A stretch of 64,000 nt of DNA from a virus. The translations under genes were made by a program, and so were the position numbers. Shown here in pieces: positions 17,490 to 25,703 of the stretch (positions are counted from its first letter, which is position 1; the number at the start of each line of letters is the position of its first letter). The stretch lies in the IMG/VR virus record IMGVR_UViG_3300029807_000001, positions 29,667-93,666 of that record. One strand, given 5' to 3'. The notes beneath the pieces are model-generated. The model saw only the letters and a program-made list of their open reading frames with translations. It ran no database searches and was not told the DNA's origin.

Positions 17490-18604
17490 AAAACATACTA
17501 TTCGTAGGACCATATAGGCAGACCGATGGATGGGGTAATGCCGCAAAAGAATACATCCGAGCCTTACGTCTCACTGGACATAACCTAGCTGTAAGACCAG
17601 TCTACCTTAACCATCAGGAGAAGTGGGATCAGATAGAAGAGTTTCGGGATTTAGAATCCGCGTCGTATGAATACGATGTTATCATACAGAATTGTCTACC
17701 TCACATGTTTAGACGGTACGGTGGAGTCAAGAATATTGGACTGTCCTACTTTGAATCTACAGTTAGATATACTCCCTGGCCAGCATCTATCAATCTGATG
17801 GATAGAATGTGGGTTACCTCCAAATTTGAACAATGGATGTTAGAGAACTCTAAGGTCAGTACAGATATAGACGTGATCTCTATACCTTGCGATGCGGAGA
17901 AGTACAACAAGGAATATTCCTACGAACTACTGAAAGAGCATCATGGTCATGAGTTTAAGTTCTACTTTATCGGAGAGTTCATAAGCAGAAAGAATCTCAA
18001 TGCATTAATCATAGCGTTTCATAGAGAATTCTCTCCCAATGAGCAAGTACGACTAGTCCTAAAGCTGAACAGGGTTGGTCTTGGAGCGGAAGACACACTG
18101 AGACAAGCACAAGCAATGATACAAAGTACCCGAAAGTCGATGGGAATGTATAAGAATCAATCATCATACAAGTCGGAGATACTATTGCTCAAGTACCTGT
18201 CTAACGATGAACTATACGGTCTACATAATGACTGCGACTGTTTTGTTATGCCTAGCAGCGGCGAGGCTTTTTGCATCCCCGCCTTTGACGCTACAATGTT
18301 CGGGTCTGCTCCTATAATAAATGTGAATTCTAGTATGGTGGAATACGTAGACGGTGACGTGGGATATTTTGCACGTAGCTATAAGACTCCAGCTATAGCA
18401 GAAGATAGACCTCTACCTTACCTGTATAACACCAGAGATACTTGGTTTAAGGTAGACATACTGTCCCTACAGACACAAATGAGATGGGCCTATGATGACA
18501 GGAACAGGAAAACTAGAGAAGAAAGAAAAGAGTATGCTAGGAAAAACATATTACCAAAGTTCACTTACGAAAGCATAGCTAAGAAGATGGCGGAAGTACT
18601 ATGA
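17486..18604 (+). CDS. GT-B (GT4-like) glycosyltransferase
   Basis: DGWGNAA, RKNL, DCFVMPSSGEAFCIPAFDA. Confidence 0.88.
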   Translation: MKNILFVGPYRQTDGWGNAAKEYIRALRLTGHNLAVRPVYLNHQEKWDQIEEFRDLESASYEYDVIIQNCLPHMFRRYGGVKNIGLSYFESTVRYTPWPASINLMDRMWVTSKFEQWMLENSKVSTDIDVISIPCDAEKYNKEYSYELLKEHHGHEFKFYFIGEFISRKNLNALIIAFHREFSPNEQVRLVLKLNRVGLGAEDTLRQAQAMIQSTRKSMGMYKNQSSYKSEILLLKYLSNDELYGLHNDCDCFVMPSSGEAFCIPAFDATMFGSAPIINVNSSMVEYVDGDVGYFARSYKTPAIAEDRPLPYLYNTRDTWFKVDILSLQTQMRWAYDDRNRKTREERKEYARKNILPKFTYESIAKKMAEVL

Positions 18605-19581
18605 AAGATGCAATAGATAACGTGATTAACAAGGCTATTAGAAAGCCTGGAGACGACACTAATCTACTATACATTCCATACGACGGAAACTTTGAGTGGA
18701 TGATGTCTAGCGTTCCAGTACGTCTATACGCACCTAGTAATTCACTATCCAGAGAATGGCCTTGTAATAATTTTCCGCAGTCATTAAACTGGCTACCCGC
18801 TGGCGCTAACTTCATTCCTAACAGGATAGACATACAAGCCGTAGTAGTTAACTTTAGAAAAGAAGCGGTACATAATGCGGCAGGCATAGCTCATCGTTTC
18901 CATGTACCTCTAGTAATAGTAGACCACGAACTACCAACCAAAGAAGCCAGTTCTAATCTAAAGAGATTTATAAATAGTCAACTACCTCCTGGTTCCGTAT
19001 ACGTTACTCCGCACAGTATGGTGAATGAATCGTGGGCGTACTCAGATACTATGGAATCTTATAACATACCATACGGATTCGAAAAGCAGGAACAATCAAT
19101 AAAACAGAACGATGTATTAGTAGTTGGAGACTACGCTCCAGAAGACGCAGGGTTACTATCAGAACTTCTTAACTGCCATACAAAAGTAATGGGCATTGGA
19201 CATAATGGAAGTCGCACCACTCCGTATACATCCATGAAGGATTTGATATATCACATGTCCAATTCACAAGTATGTGTGGTGATATTTCAGGAACATCGTC
19301 CACCGTTTTTCGCTATGCTTGCGGCTGCGTGTGGGTGTGCTGTAGTAACAAACAGAACCAGATGGACCGAATCCGTATTCGAAAATAAAACAAACGCTAT
19401 ACTGTTTGACAATATAGACTCTGTCAAGAGACTTGTTAGAGAGCTGATACATAGCGATACGTTAGACGACATGGCTCTTGCGGGACAAGAGATGATAGAA
19501 AGGGATCACAGTATTAATAAGTTTAGAGATGGCTGGATAGATCTTCTTAATGACCTAAGTACAAGGATATATATTAGATGA
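18601..19581 (+). CDS. degenerate GT-B glycosyltransferase-like protein
   Basis: AMLAAACGCAVVT, NAILFD, C-terminal HSINKFRDGW. Lacks a canonical EX7E motif. Confidence 0.65.
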   Translation: MKDAIDNVINKAIRKPGDDTNLLYIPYDGNFEWMMSSVPVRLYAPSNSLSREWPCNNFPQSLNWLPAGANFIPNRIDIQAVVVNFRKEAVHNAAGIAHRFHVPLVIVDHELPTKEASSNLKRFINSQLPPGSVYVTPHSMVNESWAYSDTMESYNIPYGFEKQEQSIKQNDVLVVGDYAPEDAGLLSELLNCHTKVMGIGHNGSRTTPYTSMKDLIYHMSNSQVCVVIFQEHRPPFFAMLAAACGCAVVTNRTRWTESVFENKTNAILFDNIDSVKRLVRELIHSDTLDDMALAGQEMIERDHSINKFRDGWIDLLNDLSTRIYIR

Positions 19582-20003
19582 AAATAGCAGTGAAGCATCA
19601 GAATTTAACGTCTGTCGTAGACAACGATCAGACTGTAGTATCGTTGCAAGAACTAGATACGGTAGAAAATGCTAGTTGTATATCAGTACATCTAGCGGAC
19701 TGTGCCGACTATGTACCTCTTTCAGAGCGCGCAAAGCTTATAAAGAAAGCTATAGGTAAACTTAGATACGGAGGTGAGATTACTATCAGTGGGACTGACT
19801 TGATATCCGTAGGACAGCAAATTATGAGCGGCAATATGAGTACTGCACGTTCTAACGTTGTACTGTTCGGAGGTAGGTTGTCCGCAGATACAATCAACGA
19901 CGTTATTAAAAATATTCAGGCAGCAGGATTAAATATCGTTAATGCTAAACTAGTGGATGAACTATACTACTCAATTAAAGCGAGAAGACCAGATGTCAAA
20001 TGA
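19578..20003 (+). CDS. truncated class I methyltransferase-like protein
   Basis: DCADYVP...KLRYGGEITISGTD resembles the SAM-MTase LKPGG motif. No GxG motif is visible. Confidence 0.5.
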   Translation: MKIAVKHQNLTSVVDNDQTVVSLQELDTVENASCISVHLADCADYVPLSERAKLIKKAIGKLRYGGEITISGTDLISVGQQIMSGNMSTARSNVVLFGGRLSADTINDVIKNIQAAGLNIVNAKLVDELYYSIKARRPDVK

Positions 20004-20793
20004 TACCTCATGTAAAGCGTGCGTCTTTGCAGAATACGATGATATGACCCAGGTTGGATGTTCTAGGGGTATGCTTAAAAAATATAAAGATGTTGGTGCA
20101 AACGTTGTAGAAGCCTATGATGAAGACAGGGAGTTTATGGTCATAGAAAATAGACTATGTCCTTTCTATAGAACTAAGGGATGGATTGATAGGATACCAG
20201 AAGAAGACTTCGACGCAACGGTAGAACGTATGCTGGCTTTAGAGACTCGCTTATCGTTTCATGCAATAGTATTTGTAGAAGACCATAATATTGAGTCTGT
20301 CTGTAGCACTATAGATAGTTTATACGCTCAGAATAATCGGCCAGCAAGAGTAACAGTAGTTAGACCACGGACCAGTACTATAAAACCTAGAGATATACGA
20401 GAACTGTTTAATGAAGACTGCGGATTCAAATGGAGGATTGAGAATCTAATAGGACCAACTCCAAGAGACGTAGTGACACACTCGGTACATAAGAAGAGTG
20501 GTAGGGTACAGCCCTGTCAATACTATGCAGTAGTAGATGCTGGACATGTATTCGACGAGCAATACTTCTACGAGATTAATGAAGCAATAATAGGTTCGTT
20601 GTTGCAATTTGCTATGATCGAATCAAAAGAGTGTATTGTTATACCTAATCCAGTACATCAATACTGGCATTTCCACGGCAATCATGAAATAACTATAGCG
20701 GAAAACATAAGAGAGTACCAATGCAAGAACAAAGAGAAAAAGGTAGTACTGAAAATGAGTCAGGTACAGGGTCTGTTGACGCAAAAGTCATAG
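19993..20793 (+). CDS. Cys-rich N-terminus plus degenerate GT-A-like domain
   Basis: CKACVF...GC...C, then TIDSLYAQ..PARVTVV and YYAVVDAG. Likely start is MSND at 19993. Confidence 0.5.
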   Translation: MSNDTSCKACVFAEYDDMTQVGCSRGMLKKYKDVGANVVEAYDEDREFMVIENRLCPFYRTKGWIDRIPEEDFDATVERMLALETRLSFHAIVFVEDHNIESVCSTIDSLYAQNNRPARVTVVRPRTSTIKPRDIRELFNEDCGFKWRIENLIGPTPRDVVTHSVHKKSGRVQPCQYYAVVDAGHVFDEQYFYEINEAIIGSLLQFAMIESKECIVIPNPVHQYWHFHGNHEITIAENIREYQCKNKEKKVVLKMSQVQGLLTQKS

Positions 20794-21326
20794 TTGCTAT
20801 TGGAGGTTCTAAGAGAGACATCCCTTGCGACTATCCCTTAGCTGACTTTATATTTCAGGACGAGTACGACGTTAATCTGCCAGCGATGTTTAACCAACTC
20901 AAGAATAAGAGTAGCTACGACCTATTCGTATATATGAGTGAAGAATATAACTTTGCGTCGGAGAGTTCTTTGAGTAGGATGGTAGAGAAGTTTTGGTCCT
21001 TAGATATGACTAGCATTGGAGCGGTATATACTGACATACTAGTTAAGCATAAGGATAAAGAGATATGCGTTAAGGTTAATCCAGCCTACAGATCGAGCTT
21101 CTATGAGGAAAGGATAGTCCTCAACATACCATTCATGGCTAAGTCTGCGATACTACCTACCTTTAACGAAGAGGTGGAACAGTTGTGTCTGTGGGACGGG
21201 ATGTTATGGCTCACACAGAACACGTTACTATACCACATACCAGAAACATTATTCCAGATAGAAGATTCCATGGAATTAAAGCAAATAGAAAAAGAGATAG
21301 GAATAGTACATGGCACGCACTACTAG
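20721..21326 (+). CDS. degenerate GT2/GT-A-like protein
   Basis: IGAVYTD, FNEE..LC.WD..L.L, YHIPETLF resemble the GT2 C-terminal half. Confidence 0.55.
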   Translation: MQEQREKGSTENESGTGSVDAKVIVAIGGSKRDIPCDYPLADFIFQDEYDVNLPAMFNQLKNKSSYDLFVYMSEEYNFASESSLSRMVEKFWSLDMTSIGAVYTDILVKHKDKEICVKVNPAYRSSFYEERIVLNIPFMAKSAILPTFNEEVEQLCLWDGMLWLTQNTLLYHIPETLFQIEDSMELKQIEKEIGIVHGTHY

Positions 21327-22038
21327 AAATATAGTAGCACCAACTATCAGACCAGACAAAAGAAGGGTCTCCATAATCATTCCCGCTGCTGGAATAGGCA
21401 GTAGGATGAAGTCGTATGGACCTAAAGCCCTGATAAAGATTAAAGAAGACCTGACCATTATCTCTAATCAGTTGAAATATATCAACAAGTATTTCCACAA
21501 GCCAGAGATCATACTGGTGGCTGGATTCGGGTACTCTAAGGTTGAGGCCGCTATGTCTCGCAAGAAGAACGTTAAAGTAATAGAGAACGCGGCATGGGCA
21601 ACTACTAATGTCATGTCAAGTATAGCTATCGGAATGGAACATGCTAGTTACGACAATATACTATGGCTATATGGAGATCTAGTATTTAACGCCTGGGCTC
21701 TAAAAGTCCCCTTTGGCAGTTACTCTATAATAGTGACAGACAAAAAAGGATTTATGAAGGACGAAGAGGTAGGATGTATAGTAGAAAGTAATATAGTAGA
21801 ACACATGATGTATGGCCTGCCAAACAAGTGGGCTCAGATAGCATATTTTACTGGGAACGAAACCGACATTCTAAAGGACTTATGCAGAAACCCTGAGTAT
21901 TATCAGTACTTTGGCTTTGAGATAATAAACAAGATCATCGGTCAGGACGGTAAGTTTACCGCATACTCCAATAACCGAATAAGAATAACAGACATAGACT
22001 CATCAAGAGACCTAGTTAAGATACAGGACATAATATGA
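21310..22038 (+). CDS. nucleotidyltransferase (LicC/GlmU-like NTP transferase)
   Basis: IIPAAGIGSRMKSYGPKAL, YGDL, DIDS. Confidence 0.88.
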   Translation: MARTTRNIVAPTIRPDKRRVSIIIPAAGIGSRMKSYGPKALIKIKEDLTIISNQLKYINKYFHKPEIILVAGFGYSKVEAAMSRKKNVKVIENAAWATTNVMSSIAIGMEHASYDNILWLYGDLVFNAWALKVPFGSYSIIVTDKKGFMKDEEVGCIVESNIVEHMMYGLPNKWAQIAYFTGNETDILKDLCRNPEYYQYFGFEIINKIIGQDGKFTAYSNNRIRITDIDSSRDLVKIQDII

Positions 22039-22925
22039 AGATAATATCTACTCCACTATCAGACAGATACGATGGTATCATTAACGCCTCTGCCGAAGTG
22101 TTTGACAAGGTTGTTCTGTGGGAACCTCACGCTAAGCCCATGTTTGATTTGTTTGACGAGGTTAAACCAGACGTTGTATACTGTGATATCAAGTACGTTA
22201 CTAAAAGCTTTATGTCGGCATGTAAACAATACGAAGATGTCAAATTAGTTCTGTTTGCCGAAGGAATACCTAGAGATTTTGAACCCGATCTAGTATGCGC
22301 CCAACCTAATCTATCTCCAATGCTAAAGAAGCATTTAGAACTAGGGGGCCATAAGGTAGAATACATACATGACTACGCGGATATAATTATGTACTGGACT
22401 GGAGAAGCAGACGATACTATAGCTTCCGACATAGCCTTCGTGTCAAACGGAGACATGGCTAGTAGTCCCGTGCAAAAGATCGAGCTGTTCTCTACCGTAG
22501 GTCGTTTAGGCCAATTGAAGATTGCTGGATCATCCAGGATACCTATACCTCAATACATAGGAACCATTAAGGACGATAGGATAGTGTCATTCTTAAAGTC
22601 AACTAAGATTGCCATAGACTGGAACGGTGAGAACCTACTTACCTGTGCCGCAAACGGAATATTCACTATGTCCACCATTCCCAACGATCTATTTCCGCAT
22701 ATAACCGTAGACAATGCCGCAGAGATAATTCCTAAGACTCTGAAAAACGGAAAGTTTATGAGACGTACTAGCAGAAAGGCCCAGCAACAAGTGTTGAGGT
22801 CTGGTACATGTTACCACAGACTTATGCAGATCACATCAGCTCTAGAGCTAGACGAATATACTAAAAAGGCACAAAGTCTATTAGACTCAAAATTAGAGGA
22901 GGTGCGACCATGCAAGCAGGCATAA
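22035..22925 (+). CDS. degenerate glycosyltransferase-like protein (CgeB-like)
   Basis: KPDVVY, SDIAFV, KSTKIAI, C-terminal T.YHR pattern. Lies in the GT cluster. Confidence 0.5.
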   Translation: MKIISTPLSDRYDGIINASAEVFDKVVLWEPHAKPMFDLFDEVKPDVVYCDIKYVTKSFMSACKQYEDVKLVLFAEGIPRDFEPDLVCAQPNLSPMLKKHLELGGHKVEYIHDYADIIMYWTGEADDTIASDIAFVSNGDMASSPVQKIELFSTVGRLGQLKIAGSSRIPIPQYIGTIKDDRIVSFLKSTKIAIDWNGENLLTCAANGIFTMSTIPNDLFPHITVDNAAEIIPKTLKNGKFMRRTSRKAQQQVLRSGTCYHRLMQITSALELDEYTKKAQSLLDSKLEEVRPCKQA

Positions 22926-23365
22926 TGATAGACGCTCTAGACACGTCTCAAATGGCGGTAGAGCTAGTTAGGGAAGTTAATAAGGTTACACTCCTAGATG
23001 AATACTGGGACATCATAGTATTCTATCACAACTACGGAAGGACTACGGCCTTTCCAGAATTTGCCATGATACAAGAACAGGAGTTGTGGTCCTACAATGC
23101 TCCAGTGATGGCTACCGACCTATCTACTGGAGACAGACTGGTAAAATGTTATGCTCCCACTAAGAAGTTTTTGTATATGTGGGATTTAGAATGGATCAAC
23201 GGCTCGTATGATATTGACACGTTGGCTTCCGTTTATATGGACCCTTCAATATCACTTATAGCACGGAGCAAATCTCATGCAAAAATCATTACTGACTGTT
23301 GGAAAGAACCAATAGCTATTATAGAGAACTTTAATTATGACCAACTTACCGAACTCTTTAGTTAA
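22910..23365 (+). CDS. hypothetical protein, possible stand-alone GT N-domain
   Basis: KFLYMWDLEW, LIARS. Cluster context and a GAGGAGG SD. Confidence 0.45.
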   Translation: MQAGIMIDALDTSQMAVELVREVNKVTLLDEYWDIIVFYHNYGRTTAFPEFAMIQEQELWSYNAPVMATDLSTGDRLVKCYAPTKKFLYMWDLEWINGSYDIDTLASVYMDPSISLIARSKSHAKIITDCWKEPIAIIENFNYDQLTELFS

Positions 23366-24164
23366 GCAGGCTAGTAGTTATAGCCAACTGCCAGACAAAG
23401 AGAAGAAGAAATTTTTTCAACAACTCTATGATAATAGGGGACTGAGTTGGTCCGTAATTGCTAAGATGTGCGGAACCTACACTAACAAGGTACGTCGTGA
23501 TGCGGTAAGGCTAGGCATAGAATCCAGGTCTAAGAGTGAGGCTCAAGCCCTAGCTCTATCTACTGGTAGACACCATCATCCTACCAAAGATAAGTGTCAT
23601 AGTAAGACAACTAAGATCAGGATAAGTGAGTCGGTTGCAGAAGATTGGGACAATATGACCACGGCTCAGAGACAGAAGAAGCGAGACGAAGCTAAGGAAC
23701 GCTGGAACAAAAAGACAGATGAAGAGATTCGTCAGTTTAGAGAGGCCGCTGGAGAGGGAGTCAGAACAGCCGCGAAGGAGGGTTCGGCACTAGAAAAATA
23801 TTTATTAGAGGAATTAATTTCGGTAGGCTACAAGGTCGAATTTCATAAGGAACACTGGGTAATACGAGAAAAGCTACAGATTGATTTGTTCCTGCCCGAA
23901 TTAAATATTGCACTTGAGGTTGACGGACCCTCACACTTCAAGGATATTTGGGGTAAGGATAACTTGCGGAAGAACAAACTTAGAGATAATGAGAAAACTG
24001 GTTTGCTTTTACAGCGTGGCTGTGTTATAATAAGAGTAAGGCAGAAGCAGTCTTTATCTCAACGTTACAAGCGTGATATCTTAAAGAGCGTATTGAATGC
24101 CCTGAGAGACATCGAAACTAAAAGACCACAAGCTGGAAAACGACACATAATTTTGGGAGACTGA
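23337..24164 (+). CDS. HTH + NUMOD3-like + DUF559/Vsr-like endonuclease (homing-endonuclease-like)
   Basis: GLSWSVIAKMCG HTH, HSKTTKIRISES, IDLFLPELNIALEVDGPSHF...D.EK. Confidence 0.75.
   Translation: MTNLPNSLVKQASSYSQLPDKEKKKFFQQLYDNRGLSWSVIAKMCGTYTNKVRRDAVRLGIESRSKSEAQALALSTGRHHHPTKDKCHSKTTKIRISESVAEDWDNMTTAQRQKKRDEAKERWNKKTDEEIRQFREAAGEGVRTAAKEGSALEKYLLEELISVGYKVEFHKEHWVIREKLQIDLFLPELNIALEVDGPSHFKDIWGKDNLRKNKLRDNEKTGLLLQRGCVIIRVRQKQSLSQRYKRDILKSVLNALRDIETKRPQAGKRHIILGD
24003..24031 (+). promoter_or_regulatory. sigma70-type promoter internal to the endonuclease gene
   Basis: TTGCTT, 17-nt spacer, TATAAT with extended TG. About 130 nt upstream of the 24164 ORF. Confidence 0.55.
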
Positions 24165-24934
24165 TGATGACTGACAAGAACATAGAAACTGCTGTAGAAG
24201 ATTTAGAACTGGACGAAGCCTTTACTCCAGTTCAGGGAAGCGATGGAGTTCAGAGTGATGAAGATTCAGATGTAGAACTAGTGCAAGGTAAACCTAGACC
24301 AGGACGATACTCTGTAGAGTGGTCGGACTTTGTAATGGGTCTGCTGGACAAGAGCGAATTAGTTAACGGTAGTCCCAAGTGTGAAGGGTTACGTAGAGTA
24401 GCTGGTCTACTATACGGAGATATGGACTTCACAATTCATGCTCATGCAGTACATGGCGACTATGCAGCGGTAACTGGAATTCTACAGATTAACGGTCAAA
24501 AAATAGAAGGCTGTGCAGAATGTACAGCAGAGAATTCAGAGCGTCCCTACAACCTGTATCCTCTAGCTACTGCTGATACACGAGCAGAACTAAGAGCACT
24601 AAAGAAGTTCCTTGGACTGAGGAATGTACTAGGAGCAGAAGAGAGTTGTGATAAGGCAAGACTAACCATGCCAGCAACTAACGAAGACCGAACAGAAGGT
24701 AGTATCGTAGATGCTCAGATATCATTCATTGATCTCTTCTGCGGTAAACAAGACATATCAGTAAAAGACGTAGTCACCGCCGTAGTGGGACAACATAAAT
24801 CAATTAAAGATCTGAGTCATTCAGAAGCTTTAAGTATTAACGAACGTTTGGACTCATGGTCCAGAGACAAGGATGACGAGTATGCCAAGCTCAGTCCTTA
24901 TGATGCAAATTGGCGATCTAATTTTGAGAAGTGA
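24164..24934 (+). CDS. putative Rad52/Sak-like ssDNA-annealing protein
   Basis: Beta-sheet segment followed by LATADTRAELRALKKFLGL, resembling the Rad52-fold A.T.A..RA...G helix. Confidence 0.45.
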   Translation: MMTDKNIETAVEDLELDEAFTPVQGSDGVQSDEDSDVELVQGKPRPGRYSVEWSDFVMGLLDKSELVNGSPKCEGLRRVAGLLYGDMDFTIHAHAVHGDYAAVTGILQINGQKIEGCAECTAENSERPYNLYPLATADTRAELRALKKFLGLRNVLGAEESCDKARLTMPATNEDRTEGSIVDAQISFIDLFCGKQDISVKDVVTAVVGQHKSIKDLSHSEALSINERLDSWSRDKDDEYAKLSPYDANWRSNFEK

Positions 24935-24945
24935 GGTATTGAAGC

Positions 24946-25338
24946 ATGGCGAACATGAAAATTACGTACAAGCCAACTCCTAATATAAGTGTGGAGATTG
25001 AGGCTAGAGGCATCGAAGAGATGTTCCAAACTGTAGGACCGATTCAAGAGGTTCTGGGAGGCAACTGTACTTGCCAAAAATGTAAACAGTCTAAGATTCG
25101 TATGGTCCATCGTAAGGCAGATAACAAGTTCGACGTATATGAATTACTCTGTGAATCTTGTGGAGCCAGACTATCTCTCGGCAAGAACGATATGGGTAAC
25201 TTATTCCCACGTAAGTACGAGCAAGCCAAGAATAGCGAGGGCCAATGGAAGCCTAAGCTGGACGGAGACGGTAAAAAGGTCTGGTTACCTGATGGCGGCT
25301 GGGTTAAATGGGACAGAACAGCAGGAAAGTACGTCTAA
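24946..25338 (+). CDS. Zn-ribbon protein
   Basis: CQKC...CESC, SD GAGG. Confidence 0.7.
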   Translation: MANMKITYKPTPNISVEIEARGIEEMFQTVGPIQEVLGGNCTCQKCKQSKIRMVHRKADNKFDVYELLCESCGARLSLGKNDMGNLFPRKYEQAKNSEGQWKPKLDGDGKKVWLPDGGWVKWDRTAGKYV

Positions 25339-25365
25339 GGGCGACTTTTAGCATTCTAAACAACT

Positions 25366-25393
25366 AAGGCGGGTCATTTGACCCGTCTTTTTT
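25366..25393 (+). terminator. intrinsic terminator at the convergence of the two arms
   Basis: aaggcgggtc-attt-gacccgtctt stem followed by a T-run. Confidence 0.8.
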
Positions 25394-25703
25394 AAATGGG
25401 GTCGTCAGTCGCAGCGTGAGGAGCAGGAATGGGGTATTCTGCGGTCCATAGTGGAGGTTCGGCAGGACATTCGGTAGTTCCCCACGCTAATTTGTTCAAA
25501 TCGACGTTTTCTGGGTGCAAATTGCACTTACAGAGGCCGCATTGGTCATATCCCTTGGCAAATCCGCCATCTTTATTGAAATTGTCGCAGTCGCTGCATA
25601 TTTGATGCAATTGTTTGATGTGTTCCGCTAATCTCACGGGACTACCAGCGTCTCGCCACTTCTTTCGCTCTCTAATGTATCTAACTATGGCGTTCATTCG
25701 CAA
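25392..25703 (-). CDS. small Cys-rich metal-binding protein (DUF6171-like)
   Basis: ICSDC...QCGLCKC...KL.W.T.ECP...W. Confidence 0.65.
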   Translation of the reverse strand: MRMNAIVRYIRERKKWRDAGSPVRLAEHIKQLHQICSDCDNFNKDGGFAKGYDQCGLCKCNLHPENVDLNKLAWGTTECPAEPPLWTAEYPIPAPHAATDDPI

